From: an uncultured Bryobacterales bacterium
GTDB taxonomy: Bacteria > Acidobacteriota > Terriglobia > Bryobacterales > UBA6623
Reading direction: 5' to 3'
Assembly: GCA_964461235.1 (NCBI GenBank)
Contig: CAYWUV010000009.1
Span: forward strand, 21,392 to 85,391
Length of the DNA: 64,000 nucleotides
This document shows positions 29,087-38,567 of this stretch, in pieces. Position 1 is the first letter of the stretch, and each line of letters opens with the position of its first letter. The position numbers were made by a program, and so were the translations under genes. The notes under the pieces are model-generated. The model was not told the DNA's origin. It made no database searches and saw only the letters and a list, made by a program, of their open reading frames with translations.

Positions 29087-30343
29087 ATGAATCAGTGGGT
29101 GATCGACATCCTTAGCAGATCGGGACTGTCTCCCGACACGGTGCAGACCCTTGCCGACCTGGTTGAGATCCTCGTCGTCGCATCCGCTGCCCTGTTGTCG
29201 TATTACGTCACTAAGAGCGTGTTGCTGCACGCTATCGCTCACATCACTCTGGCAACGAAGACCGACTGGGACGACCGGATTATCGAGCGGGGCGTGTTCA
29301 AGCGGTTTTCCCATGTGCTCCCTGCCTTCGTCATATATGTGCTGGCACCGGCAGCGTTCACCACACCCGCATTGATCCAGTGGGCACAACGCGGAGCGGG
29401 CATCTACGCGATCCTCGCTGCCTTGGCGACGGTCAGCCTACTGCTCTCGGTGGCCAATGAAATCTATGATGAATTCCCGATCGCACGGAGGTTTCCGATA
29501 CGCGTTTACGTCCAGGTCGTGAAGATTCTGCTTTCCGCGGGGGCGATCATGATCTGTGTGTCGATCCTGACCGGTCAGTCCCCCTTGCTCCTGCTGAGCG
29601 GACTCGGGGCGATGACTGCCGTCCTTCTGCTGATTTCCAAGGACAGCATCCAAGGGCTCCTGGCAGGCATTCAACTGATTTCCAACGACATGGTCCGTAC
29701 TGGCGACTGGATCGAGATGCCTCAGTACGGCGCTGACGGCGACGTCATGGACATAACGCTGCACACCGTAAAGGTACGCAATTTCGACAACACGGTCACA
29801 ACAATCCCCACCTACGCCCTGATTTCCAACAGTTTCAAGAACTGGCGCGGCATGGCCGAATCGGGCGGCCGCCGCATCAAGCGCTCGGTGCTGATCGATG
29901 TCTCCAGCGTGCAGTTTTGCACGGAGACGATGCTCAAGCGATTCCAGGAGATCGAACTAATCAAAGATTTCGCGGGGAGAGCTCTGTCCGCATTCGACAA
30001 TTGGGACGCAGGGAGGCCATTGGGCGCCAGCGGCGAGCGGCTTACCAATCTGGGCGTCTTCCGGCGCTACGTAGTCGCCTATCTCCGGTCACATCCGGAA
30101 ATCAACCAAGATCTGACGCTGATCGTCCGGCAGTTGCAGCCCACGGAGCACGGCCTGCCGCTGGAACTCTATACGTTCAGCGCAGACAAGAGATGGGGCA
30201 ATTACGAAGACATCCAGTCCGATATCTTCGACCACCTGTTCGCGTGCCTCCCGGAATTCGACCTTCGGGCCTTCCAGATGCCGAGCGGTCACGATGCCGT
30301 AGAGGCGATCCACGGGCTGCAGGGCCGACCATTAAGTGGTTGA
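29087..30343 (+). CDS. Mechanosensitive ion channel family protein (MscS-like)
   Basis: 418 aa with N-terminal TM helices, then the MscS core: SIQGLLAGIQLISNDMVRTGDWIEMPQYGADGDVMDITLHTVKVRNFDNTVTTIPTYALISNSFKNW. Confidence 0.85.
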   Translation: MNQWVIDILSRSGLSPDTVQTLADLVEILVVASAALLSYYVTKSVLLHAIAHITLATKTDWDDRIIERGVFKRFSHVLPAFVIYVLAPAAFTTPALIQWAQRGAGIYAILAALATVSLLLSVANEIYDEFPIARRFPIRVYVQVVKILLSAGAIMICVSILTGQSPLLLLSGLGAMTAVLLLISKDSIQGLLAGIQLISNDMVRTGDWIEMPQYGADGDVMDITLHTVKVRNFDNTVTTIPTYALISNSFKNWRGMAESGGRRIKRSVLIDVSSVQFCTETMLKRFQEIELIKDFAGRALSAFDNWDAGRPLGASGERLTNLGVFRRYVVAYLRSHPEINQDLTLIVRQLQPTEHGLPLELYTFSADKRWGNYEDIQSDIFDHLFACLPEFDLRAFQMPSGHDAVEAIHGLQGRPLSG

Positions 30344-30712
30344 GCGCGCATGATATGGAGTGACGGCGATGCTCCCACGCTCCGGAGGGGCTGTCACGAA
30401 CGCTGCTCAGCGAGACTAGCCGGAACCTCACCAAGGCCATAGGCTGATCATCTGTCGATTGCAAACGGATTCTCTCCATCCCGAGAGGATTGCGCTTGGA
30501 TTGGTGTTCCCATAACGGCGACAGGTTGGGCGTAATGTCCGGACGGGCGAAGCCTAATCAGCGCAACGGAGTACGAAGCGAATGCGGCTTGAGACCGGCG
30601 TGGAGTTCCAACCAAAGTTTGCAGGGCCCGAAACCCACGCCCCATTTGCTTGGAATGAAGCGAGCGCCATTCGCGTCAATCGCCCTGCCGCAGAATCTGC
30701 TGCTCCTGGCTC

Positions 30713-31957
30713 CTAGCGAGGCACGAGAAACGAGTAGCTCTTGGACCTTGGCAGTGTCTTGAGTTTCTCGAAAAACTCCGTCTCAGTTATCGTGCTCGGC
30801 CAATCCAAGTTCACCGATATGAGGATGTCCAGCATCTCCGTTCCCCGGACAGGATCGATGCTGACGGCCCCTAGGTCGGCCAGCCGCGTGAGATCACGCG
30901 CCAAGGCGTCGATCGGATGCTTTCGGGAGGCATAGTGCTCTCGCACTTCCCGCACTATCGTTGCCCAGCCGACTCCTCCATCCTTGTCTAGCAGGTAATT
31001 CAGCAGTTGCAGCTGGCGCTTTACGATCACGCGCTTCCGGGAGCTTTCGAGCCTCACAAAAAGCTCGTTCATGAGACCCCGGAAAATCTCTTTCGACACG
31101 GCTTTCTTGATCTGACCCGTCAGTCGATGAACCTCAGACTTCACACCCTTCAGGGCCAATTGCAGAAAGGGCGTAAGGTCGTGGCCCAGTTGTCGGACTT
31201 CTGACAGGGTTGCCAAGTAAGTGCTCTTCTCGCTGTGATAGAAATTCGACATCGGAACGAAGAGGATGTCCTTAAGGCCAGCTCGCTGAAGCATCAGGGC
31301 CTCGAGTGCCCGCGCCGTGCGGCCGTTCCCATCCAGAAATGGATGCATTGCGGCGAAGTGGAAGTGAGCGGCCATCGCTTGAACAAGCGGGTCGTGCCGG
31401 CAGAACGTTGTCGAAATCTCCCTCGTCAGGCTTGCAAGCGCGAATCTGCATTGCTCCCCCCCGGACACTCCTCGGTGCCTAGGGGTTCCGAACGTAACGT
31501 TCTGGTCCTGTTTCCGCAGAGTCCCAGGAGGACAGTGGTCATCGTCGCAGCCTGTGACAATCAATCGATGGATTTCCTTGATCAGTTCTACCGAAACTGG
31601 CCGATCGTCTGGAACTCGGGCGACCCAGTCGTAGGCCTTCATCGCGGCGTGCGCTTGCCGCTGGGACCGCGTCCGCAACTGATCCGCGGTCTCCGCCCGG
31701 ACTGCCACGTCCAGTTCGTCACCTACGAACTCGGCGTTCTCGATACGCGACGTCCCGGCCACCTCCATCTTGAGCTGGACATCTTGGAGTTCTTTCACCC
31801 AGCGCCTTTGAAACGGAATTGTTCGAAGGGCCAGAATCGCGGCCTTCGCGTCCAAGAGGTGATCCACGACCCCTTCCTTGCGGTAGTGAATCCACTGAGA
31901 GGGCAACTCGTATTGAACAACGGTCGGCATCTCTCGAATCATGGCATATTGTGACAC
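30713..31957 (-). CDS. Fic/Fido-domain protein (AMPylase-type), class II with intramolecular inhibitory motif, C-terminal wHTH-like region
   Basis: Fic motif HPFLDGNGRTAR (31310-31345) fits HxFx(D/E)GNGRxxR. The upstream TSRIEN (31736-31753) fits the inhibitory (S/T)xxxE(G/N) helix. The start is GTG at 31957. The gene and its flanks are visibly lower in GC than the surrounding sequence. Confidence 0.85.
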   Translation of the reverse strand: MSQYAMIREMPTVVQYELPSQWIHYRKEGVVDHLLDAKAAILALRTIPFQRRWVKELQDVQLKMEVAGTSRIENAEFVGDELDVAVRAETADQLRTRSQRQAHAAMKAYDWVARVPDDRPVSVELIKEIHRLIVTGCDDDHCPPGTLRKQDQNVTFGTPRHRGVSGGEQCRFALASLTREISTTFCRHDPLVQAMAAHFHFAAMHPFLDGNGRTARALEALMLQRAGLKDILFVPMSNFYHSEKSTYLATLSEVRQLGHDLTPFLQLALKGVKSEVHRLTGQIKKAVSKEIFRGLMNELFVRLESSRKRVIVKRQLQLLNYLLDKDGGVGWATIVREVREHYASRKHPIDALARDLTRLADLGAVSIDPVRGTEMLDILISVNLDWPSTITETEFFEKLKTLPRSKSYSFLVPR

Positions 31958-32306
31958 AAAAAATATTGAACGAGAAATCTCGACAATATACTGAAATCAA
32001 ACAGTTTAATTGGATTTATGGGGCGAGTTTTGTCCATTTTTCCCGCAAAAAATCTCTACCCGATTACGAGCTCTGAACCCAAGGGCGTCGGAAGGTGCTC
32101 CAATTCCGCAGATGGTTGCGACAACCCGGCTGACCAGTGAGGACGCCCTGCAGCAAGAAGCTAGCGGGGATCTCAAGGCACGCACGTCGAAGCCGACAGT
32201 CTCTTCGCCAGAGCGGGTCCACCGGCGGCACGGGCCCTCACGGCGCATCCAGTCCAACGCTCCTCGCAGGAGACCCGCGCGGGCCCCTTCGGCACTGCGT
32301 GTCCAG

Positions 32307-33500
32307 CTACCGAAAGTCAGCGGGCATTACCGACCGCTGCACCCAGTACTCCGGCGGGTGGTTGTTAAAGCGGGTCGGGGTGAACTCGCCGACCAAATCG
32401 GAAGCCAAGCCTTCCGCCGGAATGGCCTCCTCTTCTCCGAGGGCCCAAAAGACGGCATTGACCAGCATCTGGCGGACACCGTCCTGCAACAGGTCCGTTG
32501 AGCTTCCGAGCGTCGTAGAAAACGCCCTGCCTTGCGAGCCGCCAGGAGATTGATAGGTCTTCGTCCAGACGATCGGCATCATTGGGTCGTTCTTTCCCTC
32601 GACCGGCTCACTGTCGCTAGGACGCATCCCGTAATGGGCGTCTCCCTCGTCGTATTCGCCTGCCCGGGCCATCACCCTGCCATGAACCAGGGGCATCGAA
32701 TCGCCCGGAAGCGGCAAGCGAACCGTGTATACGTCAGCCGCGCTCCAGATTCCATCCGGGTTCACTCCCCTGAGAATCGGATGGTCCGCGGCATCGGCAG
32801 CGATCACGCCGCGCGCAGACTCGTGCTTGTGATGGCCGTGATGAGCGATCCATCGCTCACCGACCACTAGCCGCCCGAACCCGTCGCGCCACTCCTCCTT
32901 GGGGCCGATGTATCCGTCTCCATAGTGGTCGTAGGTCCCCCAAGCGTCCTCGGCAATGGCAGGCGGCTCGACCGCATCGGGATCTTCGGCACGACGGAGT
33001 TGGCGGAGGTAAGCGAAGACCTGATTGTGCAGACCCTCCCGCATCTTGAACGCGTGGGTCGCCGTCCTCAACGCGATCACCGGCTTGCCTGCCATTAGAT
33101 AGCGGTCGATCGGAGCCATCTGCTCGTCCGGAAGCACACGCCAGCGGGTCTGGATGAACATCAGGTCCGCACTGTCGAGGTTCTCGGTCCCGGGTATGTT
33201 CGTATTGACGTGCGGGTTAACGATCCCCGTCTCGGGGTCAACGGCGAAGAGCACGGTGCAACGGAACCCGTGGCGTTCCGAGAGCAGGCGTGCGAGCGCC
33301 GGGAGGCCTTCCTCCGAGCGATACTCCTCGTCACCGGAAACCAACACGATGTGCCTGCCGTTCCCCGGGCCTTCGGTGGCCTCGTAGCGGATCAGGTGCT
33401 CTTGGGCGGGCACCTCTTCAGACTCGGTCGGCGGACCTCCCCCGCATGCAGCAGCGAGCAGGAGGCATCCAAGCAGGGTGGAAGAGATTGCGGGTCGCAT
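32307..33500 (-). CDS. ThuA-like (class-I glutamine-amidotransferase-fold) lipoprotein
   Basis: The start is taken at MRPAISSTLLGCLLLAAACGGG (lipobox LAAC; complement of 33498-33500). Sequence RHIVLVSGDEEYRSEEGLPALARLL...DSADLMFIQTRWRVLPDEQMAPIDRYLMAGKPVIALRTATHAF, and a C-terminal LVNAVFWALGEE block. Confidence 0.6.
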   Translation of the reverse strand: MRPAISSTLLGCLLLAAACGGGPPTESEEVPAQEHLIRYEATEGPGNGRHIVLVSGDEEYRSEEGLPALARLLSERHGFRCTVLFAVDPETGIVNPHVNTNIPGTENLDSADLMFIQTRWRVLPDEQMAPIDRYLMAGKPVIALRTATHAFKMREGLHNQVFAYLRQLRRAEDPDAVEPPAIAEDAWGTYDHYGDGYIGPKEEWRDGFGRLVVGERWIAHHGHHKHESARGVIAADAADHPILRGVNPDGIWSAADVYTVRLPLPGDSMPLVHGRVMARAGEYDEGDAHYGMRPSDSEPVEGKNDPMMPIVWTKTYQSPGGSQGRAFSTTLGSSTDLLQDGVRQMLVNAVFWALGEEEAIPAEGLASDLVGEFTPTRFNNHPPEYWVQRSVMPADFR

Positions 33501-33596
33501 GATCGTGCCTGCCAGTGTATCCCATGGCCGGCCTGGCCGATTCCACACGAAGTGCCCGGATCCGAGCAGCCGGGTTCGACGTCTGATTCCGGACCT

Positions 33597-34004
33597 CTAG
33601 CGGTCCAGGGGAAAGTACTTGCGATAGGCTTCCGGCATCCGGATCATCCTGCCTTGGGTGTCCGTTACGGTATGGAGAGTCTCGCCAGTTGCCAGCACCT
33701 CCTCACCGCGCTTCATCTCGTAGGCAAAACGCACGGTTCGGGATCGTGACTCGGTCACCCAGCAGTACAGGTCAATATCGTCATTGAAGCGGGCAGGCGC
33801 CCGATACTTGCAGCGAGCCTCCGTCACGACGAGAAACGCCCCGCCGATCCGCTCCATGTCCTTGTACTCGAAGCCGGCCTCCCGGCAATACGCAACGCGC
33901 GCGACCTCCATCCAGACGAAGTAGTTGGCGTAGTAGACCACCCCCATCTGGTCTGTCTCTGCGTAGCGAACGCGGACACTTGTCCGAACTCGCTTCGTCG
34001 GCAT
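33597..34004 (-). CDS. Acyl-CoA thioesterase, YbgC/4HBT family
   Basis: 135 aa. VRVRYAETDQMGVVYYANYFVWMEVARVAYCREAGFEYKDME is a classic hotdog-fold YbgC N-terminus. The gene starts 4 nt downstream of the rho stop. Confidence 0.85.
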   Translation of the reverse strand: MPTKRVRTSVRVRYAETDQMGVVYYANYFVWMEVARVAYCREAGFEYKDMERIGGAFLVVTEARCKYRAPARFNDDIDLYCWVTESRSRTVRFAYEMKRGEEVLATGETLHTVTDTQGRMIRMPEAYRKYFPLDR

Positions 34005-34008
34005 GTCT

Positions 34009-35256
34009 CTAGCTCTTCATCGCCGCCAGGAATTCCGCATTGCCGCGAGTCTTGCCCATGCGGTCGAGCAGCAGTTCCATGCACTCCACCGTACCGAGGT
34101 TGCTCATGACCTTGCGGAGCACCCATACGCGGCGAAGCGTCTCGGAATCGAGCAGCAACTCCTCCTTGCGGGTCCCGCTGCGATGAATGTCAATGGCCGG
34201 GAACGTGCGCTTGTCGACCAGCTTGCGGTCAAGGTGCAGTTCCATGTTCCCCGTCCCCTTGAACTCCTCGAAGATCACCTCGTCCATGCGGCTGCCGGTA
34301 TCCACTAGCGCGGTGGCGACGATCGTCAGCGAGCCTCCCTCCTCGATGTTGCGTGCCGCGCCAAAGAACCGTTTCGGCCTCTGGAGCGCATTGGCATCCA
34401 CGCCGCCCGTAAGGACCTTGCCCGAGGACGGGACGACGGTGTTGTAGGCGCGGGCAAGCCTCGTGATCGAGTCGAGCAGGATCACCACGTCCAGCTTGTG
34501 CTCGACGAGCCTCTTGGCCTTTTCCATCGCCATTTCGGCAACCTGGATGTGCCGGATCTGCGGCTCGTCGAAAGTCGAACTCACCACCTCTCCGTCCACC
34601 GATCGCTGCATGTCGGTGACCTCCTCGGGCCGCTCGTCGATTAGCAGCACGATGAGCACGACGTCAGGATGGTTGGCCGTCACCGAGTTGGCAATGGACT
34701 GCAGAAGCATCGTCTTGCCCGTGCGTGGAGGCGCAACGATCAATCCTCGCTGGCCCTTGCCCAAGGGAGTGATCAAGTCCATGACCCGACCACTGAGATT
34801 CGTCGCTTGGGTCTCGAGGCGCAGTTGCTGCTGGGGATAGAACGGCGTGAGATTGTCGAAATGGATTCGAGACCGTGCCGTTTCCGGTGAGCCGTGGTTG
34901 AGAGAGTCGACGTCGGTGAGCGAGAAGTAGTTCTCGCGTTCCTGCGGTGCACGAGCCTGGCCAATGACCGTGTCGCCGTTCCGGATGCCGTTACGGCGTA
35001 CCATCTGCGGCGAAACGAAGACATCGTCCCTACCGGGAAGATAGTTGTAGATCGGAGACCGAAGGAAACCAAACCCCTCGGGGAGTATCTCAAGGACACC
35101 CTCGACTCCCAACAGGCCGTCCTCGCCGGACTGCGAGCGCAGGATCTTGAAGATCAATTCCTGCTTGCGGAGCCCGCCGATGTCCTCGATCTCGAGTTCC
35201 TGCGCCAGTCGCAGGAGGGACCGAATGTCCTTCTTATGCAATTCGCCTACTGTCAT
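34009..35256 (-). CDS. rho: Transcription termination factor Rho
   Basis: 415 aa. N-terminal [29 protein letters not shown]-binding [15 protein letters not shown], Walker [35 protein letters not shown], and C-terminal RKEELLL. Confidence 0.97.
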   Translation of the reverse strand: MTVGELHKKDIRSLLRLAQELEIEDIGGLRKQELIFKILRSQSGEDGLLGVEGVLEILPEGFGFLRSPIYNYLPGRDDVFVSPQMVRRNGIRNGDTVIGQARAPQERENYFSLTDVDSLNHGSPETARSRIHFDNLTPFYPQQQLRLETQATNLSGRVMDLITPLGKGQRGLIVAPPRTGKTMLLQSIANSVTANHPDVVLIVLLIDERPEEVTDMQRSVDGEVVSSTFDEPQIRHIQVAEMAMEKAKRLVEHKLDVVILLDSITRLARAYNTVVPSSGKVLTGGVDANALQRPKRFFGAARNIEEGGSLTIVATALVDTGSRMDEVIFEEFKGTGNMELHLDRKLVDKRTFPAIDIHRSGTRKEELLLDSETLRRVWVLRKVMSNLGTVECMELLLDRMGKTRGNAEFLAAMKS

Positions 35257-35597
35257 GAGGGGAAGGAAGCGGTCACGTAGCGGACACGCTTACTAGGCGC
35301 GCCAGGCCGGCGGCGCCTTCGATGGGCAGGAGCCCAAGGATCACTCTAAGGATAGCGCACGGACACGGATCACTTGCTCGGCGCACCAGCAACCGGAACC
35401 AAGGCGGGCTCCTTCGTTTCGGTTCGGCGGCACGGGATCCAAGCGAGTCCATGCTGGACAGGACTCTCCCAGCGCGACGACGCTACCGCTTGCAGATCCA
35501 GGGAGTACTTTGCCAGATCCGCGGACCCCGTCGGATCCAACGGCTCAACCAGCCTGGCTCCGCCGCTCCCAACCTTGGACGGAGCACCTTTCCTGTC

Positions 35598-37340
35598 TCA
35601 GGCATGAATTGGCCGATACTCGACAAGTGCCGATCGGCCGACGACGTCCAATACACGCAGGAGCGCTTTTCCACCGTCTGCGTCAGTGAGGCGCAACTCT
35701 TCCCCGGGTACGAAATGAACCGGTTGCCGGGCTCCGTCATTGATAGCGATGTTCGAGGCGTACAGGTAGGTTCTGTCGTGGGAGTCGCGAATGGGACTTA
35801 GCCTTCCCTTGAGGGCCGGGATACTCCCTGTTGATTCGGGGAATATGGCAGCGCCACCATGCGGTAGAGAATCTAGATCAACCGCGAGCGCTCCCTGACT
35901 GGGGACCCATTCTCTGATGAGGCGCCCAGCATGCGACTTCGCTGCTACGAACACCGTCATCGGAAGGTGGGTGGAATGGAGATCGACGATCGCTTCCCCG
36001 TCTTGGTCTGTTGTTGCCTGCCTCCACGTGGTGTTCGGAAACAGTACAAGCAGCTTGGCCCCTGGCAATGGGCGGGCCTCCGACCGCACCGTAATGATGG
36101 CGCGGGCCGGACTCACGTCCTGCAACGCCGCGGGAATGTTGAGAAACAACTCAGACCCGTCAATCAGTCGATATGCCGGCGGCCTTCCGCACAGTCCTTC
36201 GGTTTCCCTACGGATGATTGGAACACCGTCGCCGCGACGCTCCATGAAATACCTTCGGTCCTCAGCGCCTCGGACATCACCCACTGGCATGCGCCCCAAC
36301 AGGGACGCGAGCGCTTCGTTCCGGGTCGCCTGCCGAATCTCCATACTCTCCACAGTCAGATTGTTTGGCAACGAGCCAGGCGACTGAATCTCAAGACGAT
36401 CCTCGAACATCGACAGCCGAATCCGGCTTCCGCGAATCGAATAGTCACGATGCACGACTGCGTTCACAATCGCCTCGAACAGCGCCTTGTCGCTGTATTC
36501 CGGCACATCGACCCTCGCAGGTTCCTTGCGTGCCGAAATCCGCATGTTCTTTCTTGTGAACACCGTGGCGTCGGTGATTTGGCGGTTAAGTGGCCCTCCG
36601 ATAATCTGCGCATCCAGCTTGACCGGAGGCTCGGTCATGTCCGTGGTAACGGGTCGCAACGATGCAGGCACCTGGAATCAGATCTTCTGGTTGCGGCGTG
36701 CATAGCAGGACGCCAGCGACTGTTGCTCTCGTAATTCCGGACTCGTCGGAGGCCAGGAGCGCAAGTTTCTCGAGTGCATACTCTGGATTCGCCGCGCCTT
36801 GGGCACTCAAGAGGGGCCTCCAAAGCGATTCTCCAATGTGTTGAATCCAGTTCCGGCAACAGGCTGCTCGTCAAACGACCGGAAACGGGACTGTCCTCTC
36901 TTTTGGGCCAACCGCAACCGTTCGTCACTGGTCATCTTCCGCTTCGACCCACCCACTCGCACGTAGCTCCCGTCTGGGCTGTCATGCTGCGACTCCCCCT
37001 CGGGAATCTCGACAATCAAGAGTCGCCGTCCGTCATTAAGTTGACAGTGGGTTGTGCGGATACGCACAGCGGGCTTGATGGAGTCGGAACTAGTCTCGAC
37101 AAGCAGGGAATCGAGTTCGGTCAACTGATCCCGCGACATGTCTTGCACGTCGCCGTCGTCCGTGACACCGCACACAAGAGTGCCTCCAGTCGCATTGGCG
37201 AACGCGGCAATTTCGTCCGCGAAATCGTTGCGGTTTGGTCTTTTCGGGCGATTGCCAATGAACTCAACCTGCTTGAACTCCCAATCGCTATCCTCACCCA
37301 ATCGAAGTTGGCGCAGAATATCGTCCTCGCTAATCATCAC
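35598..37340 (-). pseudogene. Schlafen/AlbA_2 + HATPase_c_4 'putative DNA-binding/ATP-binding' protein gene split by two frameshifts; unusual beta-rich C-terminal extension
   Basis: Three consecutive ORFs in different frames read as one family member. ORF 36807-37340 is the AlbA_2 part (EDSDWEFKQVEF...FADEIAAFANATGGTLVCGV...DGSYVRVGGSKRKM). ORF 36586-36810 is the linker (ATVAGVLLCTPQPEDLIPGACIVATRYHG). ORF 35598-36671 carries HATPase_c_4 (ALFEAIVNAVVHRDYSIRGSRIRLSMFEDRLEIQSPGSLP). The frame switches lie near 36820-36830 and 36640-36650. Confidence 0.65.
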
Positions 37341-37574
37341 TGCCAGTCACCGTCAACCACAGATAACCAGATCGCCATTGGCGCCATGTCCAGTGTAAGT
37401 AACCGAACATGCTTCTTGGCAGGACCTGAGAGCATGGAGCTCGTTGTCGGTGCGCGGAGCCTCCATGAGCTAGACGGTCCGGGTGCCCGGTCCAGTCCGA
37501 AGACGGCGGCCGCCGCGCCAGGTCGGAGATCGAGGCCGTAGGCGAAGATCGGGAGCAAGATTGCCGGGGAGTGG

Positions 37575-38534
37575 TCAGGCCACCCTGTGGCGCGGTTCAC
37601 CCGCGAGGGCTGCGAAGACGTTGTCGACCGCCATTTGGAGGCCCCGCTCCAACGCTTCGGAAGTCACGCCTCCGGAGTGGGGTGTCATGACGACGTTCGC
37701 CTGTTGGCAGAGCGGATGGTTCTCCGGCAAGGGTTCCTGGTCGAAGACGTCCAGGCCGGCACCACGAATCGTGCCACCACGGAGCGCATCCAGCAACGCC
37801 GCCTCGTCCACGACCGCCCCGCGCGCCGTGTTGACCAAGATGGCCGAGTCCTTCATCAGGGTGAACTCGCGCTTCCCGACCATGCCCGTCGTTTCCGGGG
37901 TCAGCCGGACATGGAGGCTCACGACGTCACTCCGCTGGTAGAGTTCGTCCAGTGCCACCATTTCCAAGCCGAGATCCTCGATGGGCTTGCCGGCGGGTGT
38001 GCGGGTCCAAGCGATCACCCGCAGGCCGATTCCCTTGGCGATTCTCGCAGTCTGCAGCCCGATCGCACCGAGCCCGACCACACCTAGTGTCTTGCCGTGC
38101 AGTTGCGTCACGAATCCGCGCGGCCACGCCCCCTTCCTGGTCTTGGCATCGATCTTGGGAATGTCTCGGGCCACAGAGAGCATGAGCGCGAGCGCGTGCT
38201 CGGCCATGGCCACTGCGGAAACGCCGGGCGTGTTGGTGACGACCACACCGCTCCGTTGCGCAGCTTCCAAATCGACATGGTCGGTACCCGTGCCCCATAG
38301 CGACAATGCCCGCAGCTCCGGGCACTGCTCGAACACATCCGGGCCGAACGCAATGGACGACCGGATGTTGACGACCGCCTCGGCACCCCGGATCCGGTCG
38401 AGGAGGATCTCGGTGGAGGCCGGGAGGCTCTCGTGGTACTCAAGGTGGGCTCGGTCGCGCAGCGATTGGAATGCCGCACTCGGCCCCAGAACGGGTGGGT
38501 AGTCGTCCGGTACGACGATCCTTGGCAGGTCCAT
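37575..38534 (-). CDS. D-isomer-specific 2-hydroxyacid dehydrogenase (NAD-binding; PGDH/glyoxylate reductase-like)
   Basis: 319 aa. GKTLGVVGLGAIGLQTARIAKGIGLRVIAW (GxGxxG), LVNTARGAVVDEAAL, VVMTPHSGG. Confidence 0.85.
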   Translation of the reverse strand: MDLPRIVVPDDYPPVLGPSAAFQSLRDRAHLEYHESLPASTEILLDRIRGAEAVVNIRSSIAFGPDVFEQCPELRALSLWGTGTDHVDLEAAQRSGVVVTNTPGVSAVAMAEHALALMLSVARDIPKIDAKTRKGAWPRGFVTQLHGKTLGVVGLGAIGLQTARIAKGIGLRVIAWTRTPAGKPIEDLGLEMVALDELYQRSDVVSLHVRLTPETTGMVGKREFTLMKDSAILVNTARGAVVDEAALLDALRGGTIRGAGLDVFDQEPLPENHPLCQQANVVMTPHSGGVTSEALERGLQMAVDNVFAALAGEPRHRVA

Positions 38535-38567
38535 GCTATGCCTATTCCCTTCTCCCCAGCGCGGCCC

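Noticed and set aside
30344-32306. Mobile-element boundaries (integrase, att repeats, IS ends) around the Fic islet.
   Set aside because: I could find no integrase or transposase ORF, no adjacent tRNA, and no direct or inverted repeats by eye. I report only a compositional anomaly.
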